This document shows, piece by piece, positions 32,679-41,121 of a DNA stretch of 64,000 nucleotides; position 1 is the stretch's first letter; each line of letters begins with the position of its first letter. The notes beneath the pieces were generated by a model. It saw only the letters and a program-made list of their open reading frames with translations. It made no database searches and was not told the origin of the DNA. Both the position numbers and the translations under genes were made by a program. This DNA comes from Thermoanaerobaculia bacterium (GTDB taxonomy: Bacteria; Acidobacteriota; Thermoanaerobaculia; Multivoradales; UBA5704): the NCBI GenBank assembly GCA_044866775.1, contig JBIOUG010000142.1:1847-65846 (forward strand), in the 5' to 3' direction.

Positions 32679-33515
32679 ATGCGCAACGCAACGAGATTGA
32701 GAGCGCTTCTCGAGCCCACGCGGGGCGGCACGGCCGCGTTGACCGGGCTGCTGCTGGCGACGTCGCTCCTCGCCTGCACGGACGGCCCTGAGCCGACCGA
32801 GGAGTCCGCCCGCGCGGCGCAGCCCACTGCGGCGCAGCCCTTGATGATCGGCGGCCGGCCGGCGCCGAAAGGAAGCTTTCCGAGCACGGTCCTGGTGACG
32901 CAGGACGGCACGACGAACAGATGTACCGGTCATCTGCTTGGGCCGGATGTCGTTCTCACCGCCGCGCACTGCTTTCCGCCAGGAGCGCGAGTCCGGGTGA
33001 ACGGCGTCACCGGCACGTGCGAGGAGCCGGCAGCCGTCAGCTCGTGCCCGGACGGCCCGGACGTCGCGCTGTGCGCCCTGGAGGGGTCGTTCAATGATAG
33101 GGATCCCTTCGAGAGACTCGCGAGCACTCCTGGATGGGCGACGGTCGGGACCGCGGTGACCCTCGTCGGCCTGGGGGCGAATGAAGCCGGCGCCGCCCCG
33201 GACGGGTCCGAGCCGCGCATCGGACGGGCGAGGGTGGCTGCCCCACCCGATGGGGAATCCGGGTGCCTGCCCCTTCGCGGCGGGGCCGTCGCCTGCCGGG
33301 GCGACAGCGGTGGCGGATCCTTCCTCGCCCCGAGCGGCGCCCCGTTGCCGCTCGTCGGCGTGATCTCGACAGGACCCTGCCAGAGTGGGGGCATCACGCA
33401 GATCACGGACGTGACCAACACGAATGTCCAGGAGTTCGTGGAGGAGTGGACAGACCGCCACCCCGGCATTCTGATCTGCGGATTCCATGACGACGCACGG
33501 AGGTGCAGGCCATGA
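32679..33515 (+). CDS. trypsin-like (S1) serine protease, probable lipoprotein
   Basis: LLLATSLLAC signal/lipobox. Catalytic motifs are VLTAAHC (His), DVALC (Asp) and CRGDSGGGSF (Ser). Confidence 0.8.
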   Translation: MRNATRLRALLEPTRGGTAALTGLLLATSLLACTDGPEPTEESARAAQPTAAQPLMIGGRPAPKGSFPSTVLVTQDGTTNRCTGHLLGPDVVLTAAHCFPPGARVRVNGVTGTCEEPAAVSSCPDGPDVALCALEGSFNDRDPFERLASTPGWATVGTAVTLVGLGANEAGAAPDGSEPRIGRARVAAPPDGESGCLPLRGGAVACRGDSGGGSFLAPSGAPLPLVGVISTGPCQSGGITQITDVTNTNVQEFVEEWTDRHPGILICGFHDDARRCRP

Positions 33516-33577
33516 CCGCGTCTCCGCCGCGAACCGGGCCGCGCGCCGCGTGGGATACTCTCGGGTAACGACGGGAG

Positions 33578-34069
33578 GTGGGTTCCGTGCAGAGAATCGC
33601 GCTGCGCTTCGTCAAGTGGGGGACGGGACTCCTGGCGCTGGGCGTCTGGACGGGCTACGGCCCGCTCCATCACTACCTGCACGGCGGCGTCGAGGTGGCC
33701 TGCCCGTGGGCGCCCGTCCATGGCCACGTCGTGCTCCTCGGCTGGGTCGGCTTCACCCTCTTCGGCCTGGTCTACCGCGCGCTGCCGGACTGGGGCACGC
33801 CCGGCCCGAACGCGGGCAAGCTCGCCGCCGCCCATTTCTGGCTGTCGCTCCTGTCCGTCCTCGGAGTCTGGGCGAACGGGATCTTCGGCTACCGCTACCT
33901 CGACTCCCTGTCGCCGAGCTTCTACTACCGCCCCGACACCGAGAAGCTGCAGCTCTGGCTGTCGATCGACGGCCTGTTCCTGACCCTCTTCGCGGTCGGC
34001 AGCATCCTCTTCCTGATCGTCGTCTTCGGCAGCATGGACTACCGGCGCGACGACGCGGCGGCGCCGTAG
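33578..34069 (+). CDS. hypothetical integral membrane protein (about 4 TM, His-rich loop)
   Basis: Hydrophobic segments are GLLALGVWTGYGPL, VVLLGWVGFTLFGLVY, FWLSLLSVLGVWANGIF and GLFLTLFAVGSILFLIVVF. GTG start. Confidence 0.5.
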   Translation: MGSVQRIALRFVKWGTGLLALGVWTGYGPLHHYLHGGVEVACPWAPVHGHVVLLGWVGFTLFGLVYRALPDWGTPGPNAGKLAAAHFWLSLLSVLGVWANGIFGYRYLDSLSPSFYYRPDTEKLQLWLSIDGLFLTLFAVGSILFLIVVFGSMDYRRDDAAAP

Positions 34070-34155
34070 CGGGCCGGAGCCCCGGTGAGGATCGTGCGGC
34101 CTGCCGTTGGGCTCATTCGCTGCTGGGGTTGACGGCCCTTCACGGGGGAACGAAC

Positions 34156-34818
34156 GTGGACCAAGACGAACGCGCGCAGCGCCGGCAGTCACGGACGATT
34201 GTCTTGGCAGCGTTGATTGGGGCGATAGGAGCCGTTCTTGCCGCGGTCGCTGGACACTGGCAGGGCCGGGAACAGGGGGCCGACCAGCAGGTGGACCTGC
34301 AGAATCAATTGGACGCAAGCTCCGCCGAAATAGCCGAGCTGCGGAAGGCGCTCGCGGAGCAGGCGCAGAATGTCGCCGCGCTCCAGGAGAGGCTCAAGCA
34401 AGCGAGGCGCGATCCCTCGATCGTGCCGGGTAATTCGAACCCCGGCCCTCAAGCGTCTGAGCAAGTCGAGAAGCTCGTCAGCAACTATCGCTTCGTGCTT
34501 CGAGGATGTAGCGCTGAAGGCTCCAATATCGTCTGCTCGTTCGTCGTTACGAATCTCGCGGGCGATCGGGACTTCGAGCTCTCCTATCAATCGGGCATGA
34601 TCGACGGTGCCGGCGAACCGCATCAGGCTGAGCGAATCTTTGCCGGTAGGGAGCTCCGCGCGTCCAACGCGGGCATCCACCTGGTCACCGGTGTCGCCAC
34701 GGCCTTCTCCTTCAGGTTCGAAGGCTTGGCAGCGAGCGTACGCGACATCGCGCTGCTGGAGGTCAAGTCGAGAGGGTTTTCCGTCCAATGGCGCGGTGTT
34801 CCGGTGACGAATGCCTGA
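34156..34818 (+). CDS. hypothetical membrane-anchored coiled-coil protein
   Basis: GTG start after GGGGGA. One TM (IVLAALIGAIGAVLAAVAG), then a coiled-coil (LDASSAEIAELRKALAEQAQNVAALQERLKQA). Noticeably lower GC than its neighbours. Confidence 0.5.
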   Translation: MDQDERAQRRQSRTIVLAALIGAIGAVLAAVAGHWQGREQGADQQVDLQNQLDASSAEIAELRKALAEQAQNVAALQERLKQARRDPSIVPGNSNPGPQASEQVEKLVSNYRFVLRGCSAEGSNIVCSFVVTNLAGDRDFELSYQSGMIDGAGEPHQAERIFAGRELRASNAGIHLVTGVATAFSFRFEGLAASVRDIALLEVKSRGFSVQWRGVPVTNA

Positions 34819-34950
34819 AAAGATGTTTTGGACACGGCGTCTAATCCTGGCCAGGGTCGGTCTGCACCCGCGCCGGCTCCTGAGTTTCAGAGCCCACTGC
34901 TCGCGCCTGCCACCGTCTGCAGCGAGGTGAGCGCCCTCCGCTCTGCCCGC

Positions 34951-35625
34951 TCAACGCAGAGCCCAGAACGCGCCGCCGAGGCCGAGCTGAGTGAAGAGCG
35001 CCTCGGTCTCCTCGAGGGTGCGCCGGCGCCACGCCGGATTGCGGCGGTCGGCGGCGTACCAGGCGCGCGCCAGCTCCCATGCCGTCTGCAGCGCGAGCAG
35101 GGCGCCGCGTTCCATGCTCCACTGCCGGCACCAGTGATCCACGTGCTCTTCCGACCGGAAGAGGAGCATCGTCCGTCAGGTGAAGACGATGTCCTCCCAC
35201 CAGCGCCGCGCCGGGACGGCGAAGTGGACGAGGCCCGCGGCTGGTTGCAGCGCGCCGTCCTCGACCGCGAGCGGCATCGCCGACCCGCAGCAGCCGCAGC
35301 TCGCGAGGATCCGCCCGTCGCTCCCGAGCATCGCCGGGACGCCGAGGGCGTCCCAGATGCAGTTGCCGAAGTACAGGCGCCCCGCCGCCTCGACCGCGAA
35401 CGGCGTCGGCACGGCCGAGAACGGATTGGCCATCAGCACCTCGCCGGCGCCGGGCTGGAGGACCAGCACCCGTCCGGCGGCCAGCCGCTCGAAGGCGGCA
35501 AGGACGTCGCTCGGCTCGATCCCGAGCCGCTCGGCGACCTCGGCGGCGAGCGGTGGCCGGCCGCTGTCGATCGTTGCGGCGTACACTTCGCGCCGGACTT
35601 CGCGGTCGAGCTCTTCGGGTGTCAT
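34951..35625 (-). CDS. MerB (alkylmercury lyase)-family protein with in-frame TGA (35176..35178) at the catalytic Cys159 position; candidate selenoprotein
   Basis: ORFs 35176..35625 and 34951..35169 share one frame and are separated by TGA plus 2 codons. GNCIWDALG corresponds to the MerB Cys96/Asp99 motif. WWEDIVFT[U]RTMLLFRSEEHVDHW aligns to MerB SFCCHVHFFAS...W. A SECIS-like hairpin follows. Confidence 0.7.
35146..35163 (-). promoter_or_regulatory. bacterial SECIS-like stem-loop downstream of the UGA in the merB-like gene
   Basis: mRNA CUCUUCC-GGUC-GGAAGAG (7-bp stem). The loop begins 20 nt after the UGA. Confidence 0.6.
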
Positions 35626-35696
35626 GCGCTGGCTCGCGGGGCCGTTCCGGCCGGCGCCGGGCCGGCCTCACGCTGTCGATTATCGCGCCGTAGCGG

Positions 35697-36911
35697 CTAC
35701 GCCGCCGTCATCTGCACCACCGTCTCCATATGCCCCGTCTGCGGGAAGAGGTCGAGGAAGGTGACGCTTTCGATCGCGTAGGCGCGGCGGAGGATGACGA
35801 GGTCGCGGGCGAGGGTGGCGGGGTCGCAGGAGACGTAGGTGAGGCGCGCCGGGCGGCGCTCGAGCAGCATGCGGCGGACGCGGGGGGAGAGGCCGGTGCG
35901 CGGCGGGTCGAGGACGACGCGGTCGGCACCCGTGGGGAGGTCGTCGATCCAGCCCTCGAGGGCGCTCGCCACGACCTCGACTCCGGCCAGACGGTGGCGG
36001 CGGGCGTTGTTCCTGGCGTGGCGGGCCGCCACGCGATCGCCCTCGACCGCGATGACGCGGCGGTAGCGGCGGGCGAGCGGCAGCGCGAAGAGGCCGACGC
36101 CGCAGTAGAGGTCGTAGGCCGCCTCGCCTTCCCAGGGGCCGACGGCGGTCTCGATCAGCCGCGGCAGCAGGCCGCGGTGGGCCTGGAAGAAGCAGCGGGC
36201 GTCGTAGGCGTAGGTGAAGTCGCCGGCCGCGACCGTCACCTCGCCGTGCGGCAGCCCGGGGACGAGCGGCGCCACGGTGATGGCGTCGCCGTCGCCGCTC
36301 GCGACGTCGAGCCGCCGCGGCGCCTGCTCGCCGAGAGCGCCCGCCAGGCCGACGACGAAGCCCTCGAGCTCCGGCACCAGGATCGGGCACTCGACGACCG
36401 GCACCAGGCGGTTGCTGCCGCGCGCGTGGTAGCCGACGAGCACGCCGCCGCCCATCGGCTCGGTGTGAAGCTGGGTGCGGAGGCGGTAGTGCCAGGCGTC
36501 GCCGGTGACGAGCGCCGGCTCGGCCGGCAGGCGCACCCCGCCGCCCAGCCGCTCCAGCGTCTCGCGCGCGGCCGCCGCCTTGTAGCGCGACTGCGCCGCG
36601 TCCTCGATGTGCATGAGGTCGCAGCCGCCCCACTCGGCGAGCGAGGGAACCGGATCGGGGCGGCGCGCCGGGCCGGGTGCCAGGACCTCCACGATCTCGG
36701 CGCGCCCGTAGTCGGGGCGCCGCTCGGTCAGGCGGATGCGGAGGCGGTCGCCCGGCGCGGCGCGGCGGACGAAGATCGGCACGCCCTCGTGGCGCGCCAG
36801 GCCCTCGCCACCGGCGACGAGCTTCTCGATCGAGACCTCCAGCTCCTCGACGCCGGCGAAGCGCGCGCCCGGCGGCGGAGGGGCACGAAAAGCTCGCGGT
36901 CTCATCCTCAC
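35697..36911 (-). CDS. TRAM-domain class I SAM-dependent RNA (uracil-5) methyltransferase (RlmD/RumA-like)
   Basis: N-terminal TRAM (LEVSIEKLVAGGEGLARHEGVPIFVRRAAPGDRLRIRL), SAM motif DLYCGVGLFALPLA, and catalytic YVSCDPATLARD. Start is GTG 36911 or ATG 36905. Confidence 0.85.
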   Translation of the reverse strand: MRMRPRAFRAPPPPGARFAGVEELEVSIEKLVAGGEGLARHEGVPIFVRRAAPGDRLRIRLTERRPDYGRAEIVEVLAPGPARRPDPVPSLAEWGGCDLMHIEDAAQSRYKAAAARETLERLGGGVRLPAEPALVTGDAWHYRLRTQLHTEPMGGGVLVGYHARGSNRLVPVVECPILVPELEGFVVGLAGALGEQAPRRLDVASGDGDAITVAPLVPGLPHGEVTVAAGDFTYAYDARCFFQAHRGLLPRLIETAVGPWEGEAAYDLYCGVGLFALPLARRYRRVIAVEGDRVAARHARNNARRHRLAGVEVVASALEGWIDDLPTGADRVVLDPPRTGLSPRVRRMLLERRPARLTYVSCDPATLARDLVILRRAYAIESVTFLDLFPQTGHMETVVQMTAA

Positions 36912-37735
36912 CCCTCCACCAGCAGGTGCACCCGCGGCGCGAGCTCGGGCAGGAGCCGCGCCACCGCCTCGCGCAGCTCGGCCACGCTGTGCCGGCGCGA
37001 GAGGTGGTGCAGCACCAGGGCCTGGTTCTGGAAGCGCCCGGCGCGCGCGGCGAGGTCCTCGATGTGGATGTGCTTGTAGCGGTCGCCGCGGCTGTGGTGC
37101 CCCTCACGCAGGAAGGTGCACTCGAGGAGCAGCACAGCGGTCGAGAAGAGGCGCGGCTCGAGCTCGAACACTCGCGGCCCGGTGTCGCCGGCGTAGGAGA
37201 AGGCGAGCTCCTCGACCACCTCCGACGGCTCCTCCCCCCGCGCCCGCATCGCCGCCAACTCGGGGCCGGGGATGCCGGCGAGGTGCGCCGCGAGCCGGCG
37301 CTTGAGACGGATCAGGTGGAGGCCAAGCGTCGGCACCACGTGGTCGGTGCGGAAGGGCTCGAGCAGGAAGTCACGCCCGACCTCGAGCCGCTCGCCGGGA
37401 GCGACCGGCACCAGCTCCCAGGCGTACTTCGCGCTCTCCAGCCGCTCGGCGGCGGCGACCAGGTCGGCGAGCGGCGCGGCGATCTCGCGCGGGCAGAGGA
37501 CGCGCGTCGAGAGGCCGCGGTGCAGCGAGCGCTGCGAGAGGACGAACGGCAGCCCCAGCGCGTGGTCGAGATGGCCGTGGCTGATGAAGATGTCGGCGGC
37601 GCCGGCGAGCTGCAGCGCGCCGCGGCCGACGTCGATCGCCAGCCCCGGCGGGTGGACGCGGAACCAGGTCTCGTCCCCGGCCCGCGACCAGCCCTCGAGC
37701 GAGAGGCCGGGAAGCTGGATCTCGACCGGCCGCAT
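36908..37735 (-). CDS. MBL-fold metallo-hydrolase (RNase Z/ElaC-like)
   Basis: FISHGHLDHALGLPF is the HxHxDH motif. Confidence 0.8.
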   Translation of the reverse strand: MRPVEIQLPGLSLEGWSRAGDETWFRVHPPGLAIDVGRGALQLAGAADIFISHGHLDHALGLPFVLSQRSLHRGLSTRVLCPREIAAPLADLVAAAERLESAKYAWELVPVAPGERLEVGRDFLLEPFRTDHVVPTLGLHLIRLKRRLAAHLAGIPGPELAAMRARGEEPSEVVEELAFSYAGDTGPRVFELEPRLFSTAVLLLECTFLREGHHSRGDRYKHIHIEDLAARAGRFQNQALVLHHLSRRHSVAELREAVARLLPELAPRVHLLVEG

Positions 37736-37777
37736 GCTAGTAGGTCAGAGCCGGTGAAGAGACTCGGTACGTCTTCC

Positions 37778-37809
37778 GAAAACGCCCGGGACGTAGCCCG
37801 GGCGCTACG
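37778..37809 (+). repeat. REP-like element copy D (loop variant ACGTAG)
   Basis: gaaaacgcccgggacgtagcccgggcgctacg. Confidence 0.85.
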
Positions 37810-37839
37810 CTCAGGATGACGGCTCTCCCGTGACCAACC

Positions 37840-38904
37840 TTAGATCTCCCGATACAGCCAGCGCCGTAGCGGGGCGAGCCGCTCGGCGACGCTGTCCCAC
37901 TCCGGATCGATGTGCCAGAGCGCCGCGGCGATCGAGGAGAGGAGGGAGTTGCCGTCCTGGGGCGTGAAGCAGAAGCCGTAGACCTCGCGGCCGTTGCGCA
38001 CCATGAGGGTCGGCATGACGACCACCGTCTGCGACAGGATGCGCCCGTAGTAGCCGTGGTCGCGGCCGAAGCTGAAGATCAGATTGGCGTAGCGCTTGTC
38101 GGTGATCGCCACCCGCGGGTTCTCGCGCAGCCGCTGCTTGATCTCGTCGAGCGTCATGTCGCGCTCGAGCTCGAGGTTGAACCAGATCGAGTGCATGTAC
38201 TGGGTGTTGAGCTTGGCCGCGCTCGAGAAGAGGTTGAGGTCCATGCCCATGGTCTCGAAGACGTGGTGGGCGTCGTGCGCGTGGTGGGTGCCGAACTCGG
38301 GGTCGTCGTGCTTGCCGACGTTGGGGGCCGGGACGAAGCTGTTGGTCTGGCTGATGTCGTTCGCCCGCCGCATGCAGACGAAGGTCGCCTTGCGCAGGTT
38401 GAAGGTGCCCGTGCCGTCGTCGCACACGGTCTTGATCAGCGTCGTGATGTTGTGCGTGTTGCAGGAGACGATCTGGATGAAGCGGTCCTCGCCCGCCACC
38501 AGCACCTCGTCGTTGACGCCGCGGGCGTAGGGCTTGCCGAACCCGAACTCGCTGCCCTGGGCGAGGTAGCCCTTGGGGCCGGAGAGGTGGGCGTAGTACT
38601 TCTCCTTGTTGTCGTTGCCGGCCGGCGTGCAGTCGATGACCACGGTCGCCCGCTCGAGCGCCTCGCGCGACGCGTAGCTCACCTCGTGGCCGAGCTTCTC
38701 GAAGGCCCCGCGCACCTCGTCGTCGACGGCCAGCTTGGCGCCGCGGCTCATCAGGTGGTTGAGCTTGGCGCGGTCGGACTCGAGCGGCGTCCGCTTGTGG
38801 AAGGTGACCTCGTCGATCCCCATCTTGTCGCGGAAGTCGGTGAAGAGGCCGATGAGCGGCTCGCCGATCGTGCCGGTGCCCACGATGTGGACGATCTTCT
38901 TCAT
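37840..38904 (-). CDS. type II (archaeal-type) glyceraldehyde-3-phosphate dehydrogenase-like NAD(P) oxidoreductase
   Basis: MKKIVHIVGTGTIGEP (Rossmann), IVSCNTHNI (catalytic Cys, cf. archaeal VVSCNTTGL), GTHHAHDA (cf. PSHHGPDV). Confidence 0.65.
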   Translation of the reverse strand: MKKIVHIVGTGTIGEPLIGLFTDFRDKMGIDEVTFHKRTPLESDRAKLNHLMSRGAKLAVDDEVRGAFEKLGHEVSYASREALERATVVIDCTPAGNDNKEKYYAHLSGPKGYLAQGSEFGFGKPYARGVNDEVLVAGEDRFIQIVSCNTHNITTLIKTVCDDGTGTFNLRKATFVCMRRANDISQTNSFVPAPNVGKHDDPEFGTHHAHDAHHVFETMGMDLNLFSSAAKLNTQYMHSIWFNLELERDMTLDEIKQRLRENPRVAITDKRYANLIFSFGRDHGYYGRILSQTVVVMPTLMVRNGREVYGFCFTPQDGNSLLSSIAAALWHIDPEWDSVAERLAPLRRWLYREI

Positions 38905-38996
38905 GTGCTCCTCGCTCGGGTGAACGGTTGGCGCGCGCTGCAGGGGCCCGCAGCGTACCACAGGCTGTGCCAGAACGGCACGAGCGGAGCCGGCAA

Positions 38997-39027
38997 GAAA
39001 CGCCCGGGACGTAGCCCGGGCGCTACG
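38997..39027 (+). repeat. REP-like element copy E (loop variant ACGTAG, one A shorter)
   Basis: gaaacgcccgggacgtagcccgggcgctacg. Its CTA (39023..39025) is the TAG stop of the small Cys4 gene. Confidence 0.85.
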
Positions 39028-39274
39028 ATTCCTCGGGCTCCGCGCCGGCGTGGATCCGCCCGCCGCGCCATTCCGGGTCCCGCCGCGCGAAGGCGTCGAG
39101 CTCGCTCGGCACCTCGACCAGGGTGCGCGTCACGCTCGGGTCGCAGAGGTCGTTCTCGCACTCGTAGGTGTAAACGTTCCACTCGCCCCGCCGCGCGAAG
39201 CCGGCGAGGGTCTGGTAGGTATTGCAGTTGCCGCACTTGATGGAGATGTCGCGGATGTTGATGGGGTCGGCCAT
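39023..39274 (-). CDS. small Cys4 (zinc-ribbon-like) hypothetical protein, 83 aa
   Basis: MADPINIRDISIKCGNCNTYQ...YTYECENDLCDP has a CxxC...CxxxxxC pattern. GGAGG lies 9 nt before the ATG at 39274. The longer track ORF (to 40201) is antisense to the vWA gene and is rejected. Confidence 0.55.
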   Translation of the reverse strand: MADPINIRDISIKCGNCNTYQTLAGFARRGEWNVYTYECENDLCDPSVTRTLVEVPSELDAFARRDPEWRGGRIHAGAEPEES

Positions 39275-39367
39275 TCGACGAAGCCTCCGCCGGCAGCTTA
39301 GCGCGGCGCGCGAGATGTAGCTGAACGCGCATAAGGTGGCCCGCGGTTTGCAGTCCTTCCCGGCGCA

Positions 39368-40345
39368 ATGCGCACCCCGACGGCGCGGCGAGCCCGCGCC
39401 CTCCTTCTCGCGGCCTTCCTGCTGCCGGCGTCGCCGGCGGCGGCGGACACCCCGCCGCCGGCCCAGGAGGAGCTGCCGAGCTTCGGCGAGACCTTCTCGG
39501 TGGGGTACGTCCTGGTGCCGGTCATCGTGCGCGCCGGCAGCGGCTATGCCCGCGGCCTCGACGCCGAGGACTTCCGCCTGCGCGTCGACGGGCGGGCGGT
39601 CTCGATCGAGAGCTTCGAGCCGCGCGCCGAGGCGCCGGCGAGCCTGGTCTTCCTGCAAGACCTCTCGGGCAGCATGGGCAACGGCAACAAGCTGGAGGCG
39701 AGCCAGCAGGCGGTGCGCTACTTCCTCGACCGGGCGCGTCCCGGCGACGAGTTCGCCGTCGCCAGCTTCGCCGGCGGCGAGCGCCGGGTCGAGGTGCCGT
39801 TCACCGGCGAGGTCTCGGCGCTGCGCGAAGCGGTGGGCGCGTGGGAGGCGTACGGCACGACGGCGCTCCACGACGCGGTCGCCTCCCTGCCCAAGATCTC
39901 GGGCGAGGGGCACAACGCCAAGCGCTTCATCCTGCTCATCACCGACGGCATCGACAACGCGAGCCGCATCTCGCCCGAGGAGGCGCGCCGCCTGGTGCGG
40001 CAGGCGCAGCTCCCGGTCTACGTGCTCGGTCTGCGCGCCGGCAACCCGTACGAGGTCGGGCCGGAAGGGGAGAAGATCTATCGCTATGCGGACGTGCTGA
40101 ACCTGCTGGCGCACATGACCGGCGGGCGCTACCTGCCGGTCGACGGCCCCGAGGACCTCGCCGAGGCCTTGGCGGCGATCGAAGACGACCTGCGCCATCA
40201 ATATGTCTTAGGTTTCTCGACGGGGGATGGGAGGGCTCGCTTCCGCCCCCTGGCCGTCGAGGTCAGGGGCAGCGGCCTGCGGGCGGTGGCCTTCCGGCGC
40301 GGCTATCACGGCCCGCCGCCGTCGAGCCCCGCGCGGGGAGGTTGA
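39368..40345 (+). CDS. secreted vWA-domain protein of the VWFA-related acidobacterial type
   Basis: Signal peptide, then FGETFSVGYVLVPVIV...EDFRLRVDGRAVSIESFE...VFLQDLSGSM...GTTALHDA. Confidence 0.8.
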   Translation: MRTPTARRARALLLAAFLLPASPAAADTPPPAQEELPSFGETFSVGYVLVPVIVRAGSGYARGLDAEDFRLRVDGRAVSIESFEPRAEAPASLVFLQDLSGSMGNGNKLEASQQAVRYFLDRARPGDEFAVASFAGGERRVEVPFTGEVSALREAVGAWEAYGTTALHDAVASLPKISGEGHNAKRFILLITDGIDNASRISPEEARRLVRQAQLPVYVLGLRAGNPYEVGPEGEKIYRYADVLNLLAHMTGGRYLPVDGPEDLAEALAAIEDDLRHQYVLGFSTGDGRARFRPLAVEVRGSGLRAVAFRRGYHGPPPSSPARGG

Positions 40346-40405
40346 GAGAGGGGGAACCTCCCACCACACTCAACTGCAGTCGATCACAGGCAATAGGAGG
40401 CCGAC

Positions 40406-41008
40406 ATGAAGACAACCGCAGTGATTCTCACGCTGGCTCTGGCGCTCGCCGGCAGCACCGGCTGCGCGACCAAGAAGTTCGTGCGCGGCGAAACCGGGGC
40501 CGTGAACACCCGCGTCGACGAGGTCGAGGGCCAGGTGGAAGAGGCCCAGACCCGGATCGGCAGGAACGAGCAGCAGATCGGCGAGGTCTCGCGCACCGCC
40601 CAGGAGGCGCTGCAGCGCGCTCAGGAGGCGGGCAAGCTCGCCGAGGGCAAGCTCCTCTACGAGACCGTGCTGACCGACGACAAGGTGAAGTTCGGCTTCG
40701 ACGTCGCGCAGCTCTCGCCCGAGGCGCAGGCGGCCCTCGACACCTTCGCCAACCAGCTCGTCCAGGAAGGGCGCGGGGTCTACATCGAGATCCAGGGGCA
40801 CACCGACGCCACCGGCGCCGAGGCCTACAACGAGGAGCTGGGGCTCGAGCGGGCCGAGGCCGTGCGGCGGTACCTGTCGCAGCAGCACAAGTTCCCGCTG
40901 CACCGGATCAACGTCATCTCCTACGGCGAGACGGCGTCGATCGCCGACAACAAGTCGCGCGAGGGGCGGGCGCAGAACCGGCGCGTGGCGCTGGTCGTGC
41001 TGCGGTAG
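40406..41008 (+). CDS. OmpA-family peptidoglycan-binding lipoprotein with coiled-coil N-region
   Basis: LALALAGSTGC lipobox-like sequence. GHTDATGAEAYNEELGLERAEAVRRYL...NRRVALVV. SD AGGAGG. Confidence 0.85.
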   Translation: MKTTAVILTLALALAGSTGCATKKFVRGETGAVNTRVDEVEGQVEEAQTRIGRNEQQIGEVSRTAQEALQRAQEAGKLAEGKLLYETVLTDDKVKFGFDVAQLSPEAQAALDTFANQLVQEGRGVYIEIQGHTDATGAEAYNEELGLERAEAVRRYLSQQHKFPLHRINVISYGETASIADNKSREGRAQNRRVALVVLR

Positions 41009-41028
41009 GTCGGCGGCGCAGGTCATCC

Positions 41029-41060
41029 CGTAGCGCCCGGGCTACGTCCCGGGCGTTTTC
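41029..41060 (-). repeat. REP-like element copy F (reverse orientation, ACGTAG variant)
   Basis: cgtagcgcccgggctacgtcccgggcgttttc is the exact reverse complement of copy D. Confidence 0.85.
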
Positions 41061-41121
41061 GGAGGGGAAGGCAGAGAAGACCAGGTAGGAGGGGTGGAGC
41101 TTGTCTCCGCCCCTGCCGTCT

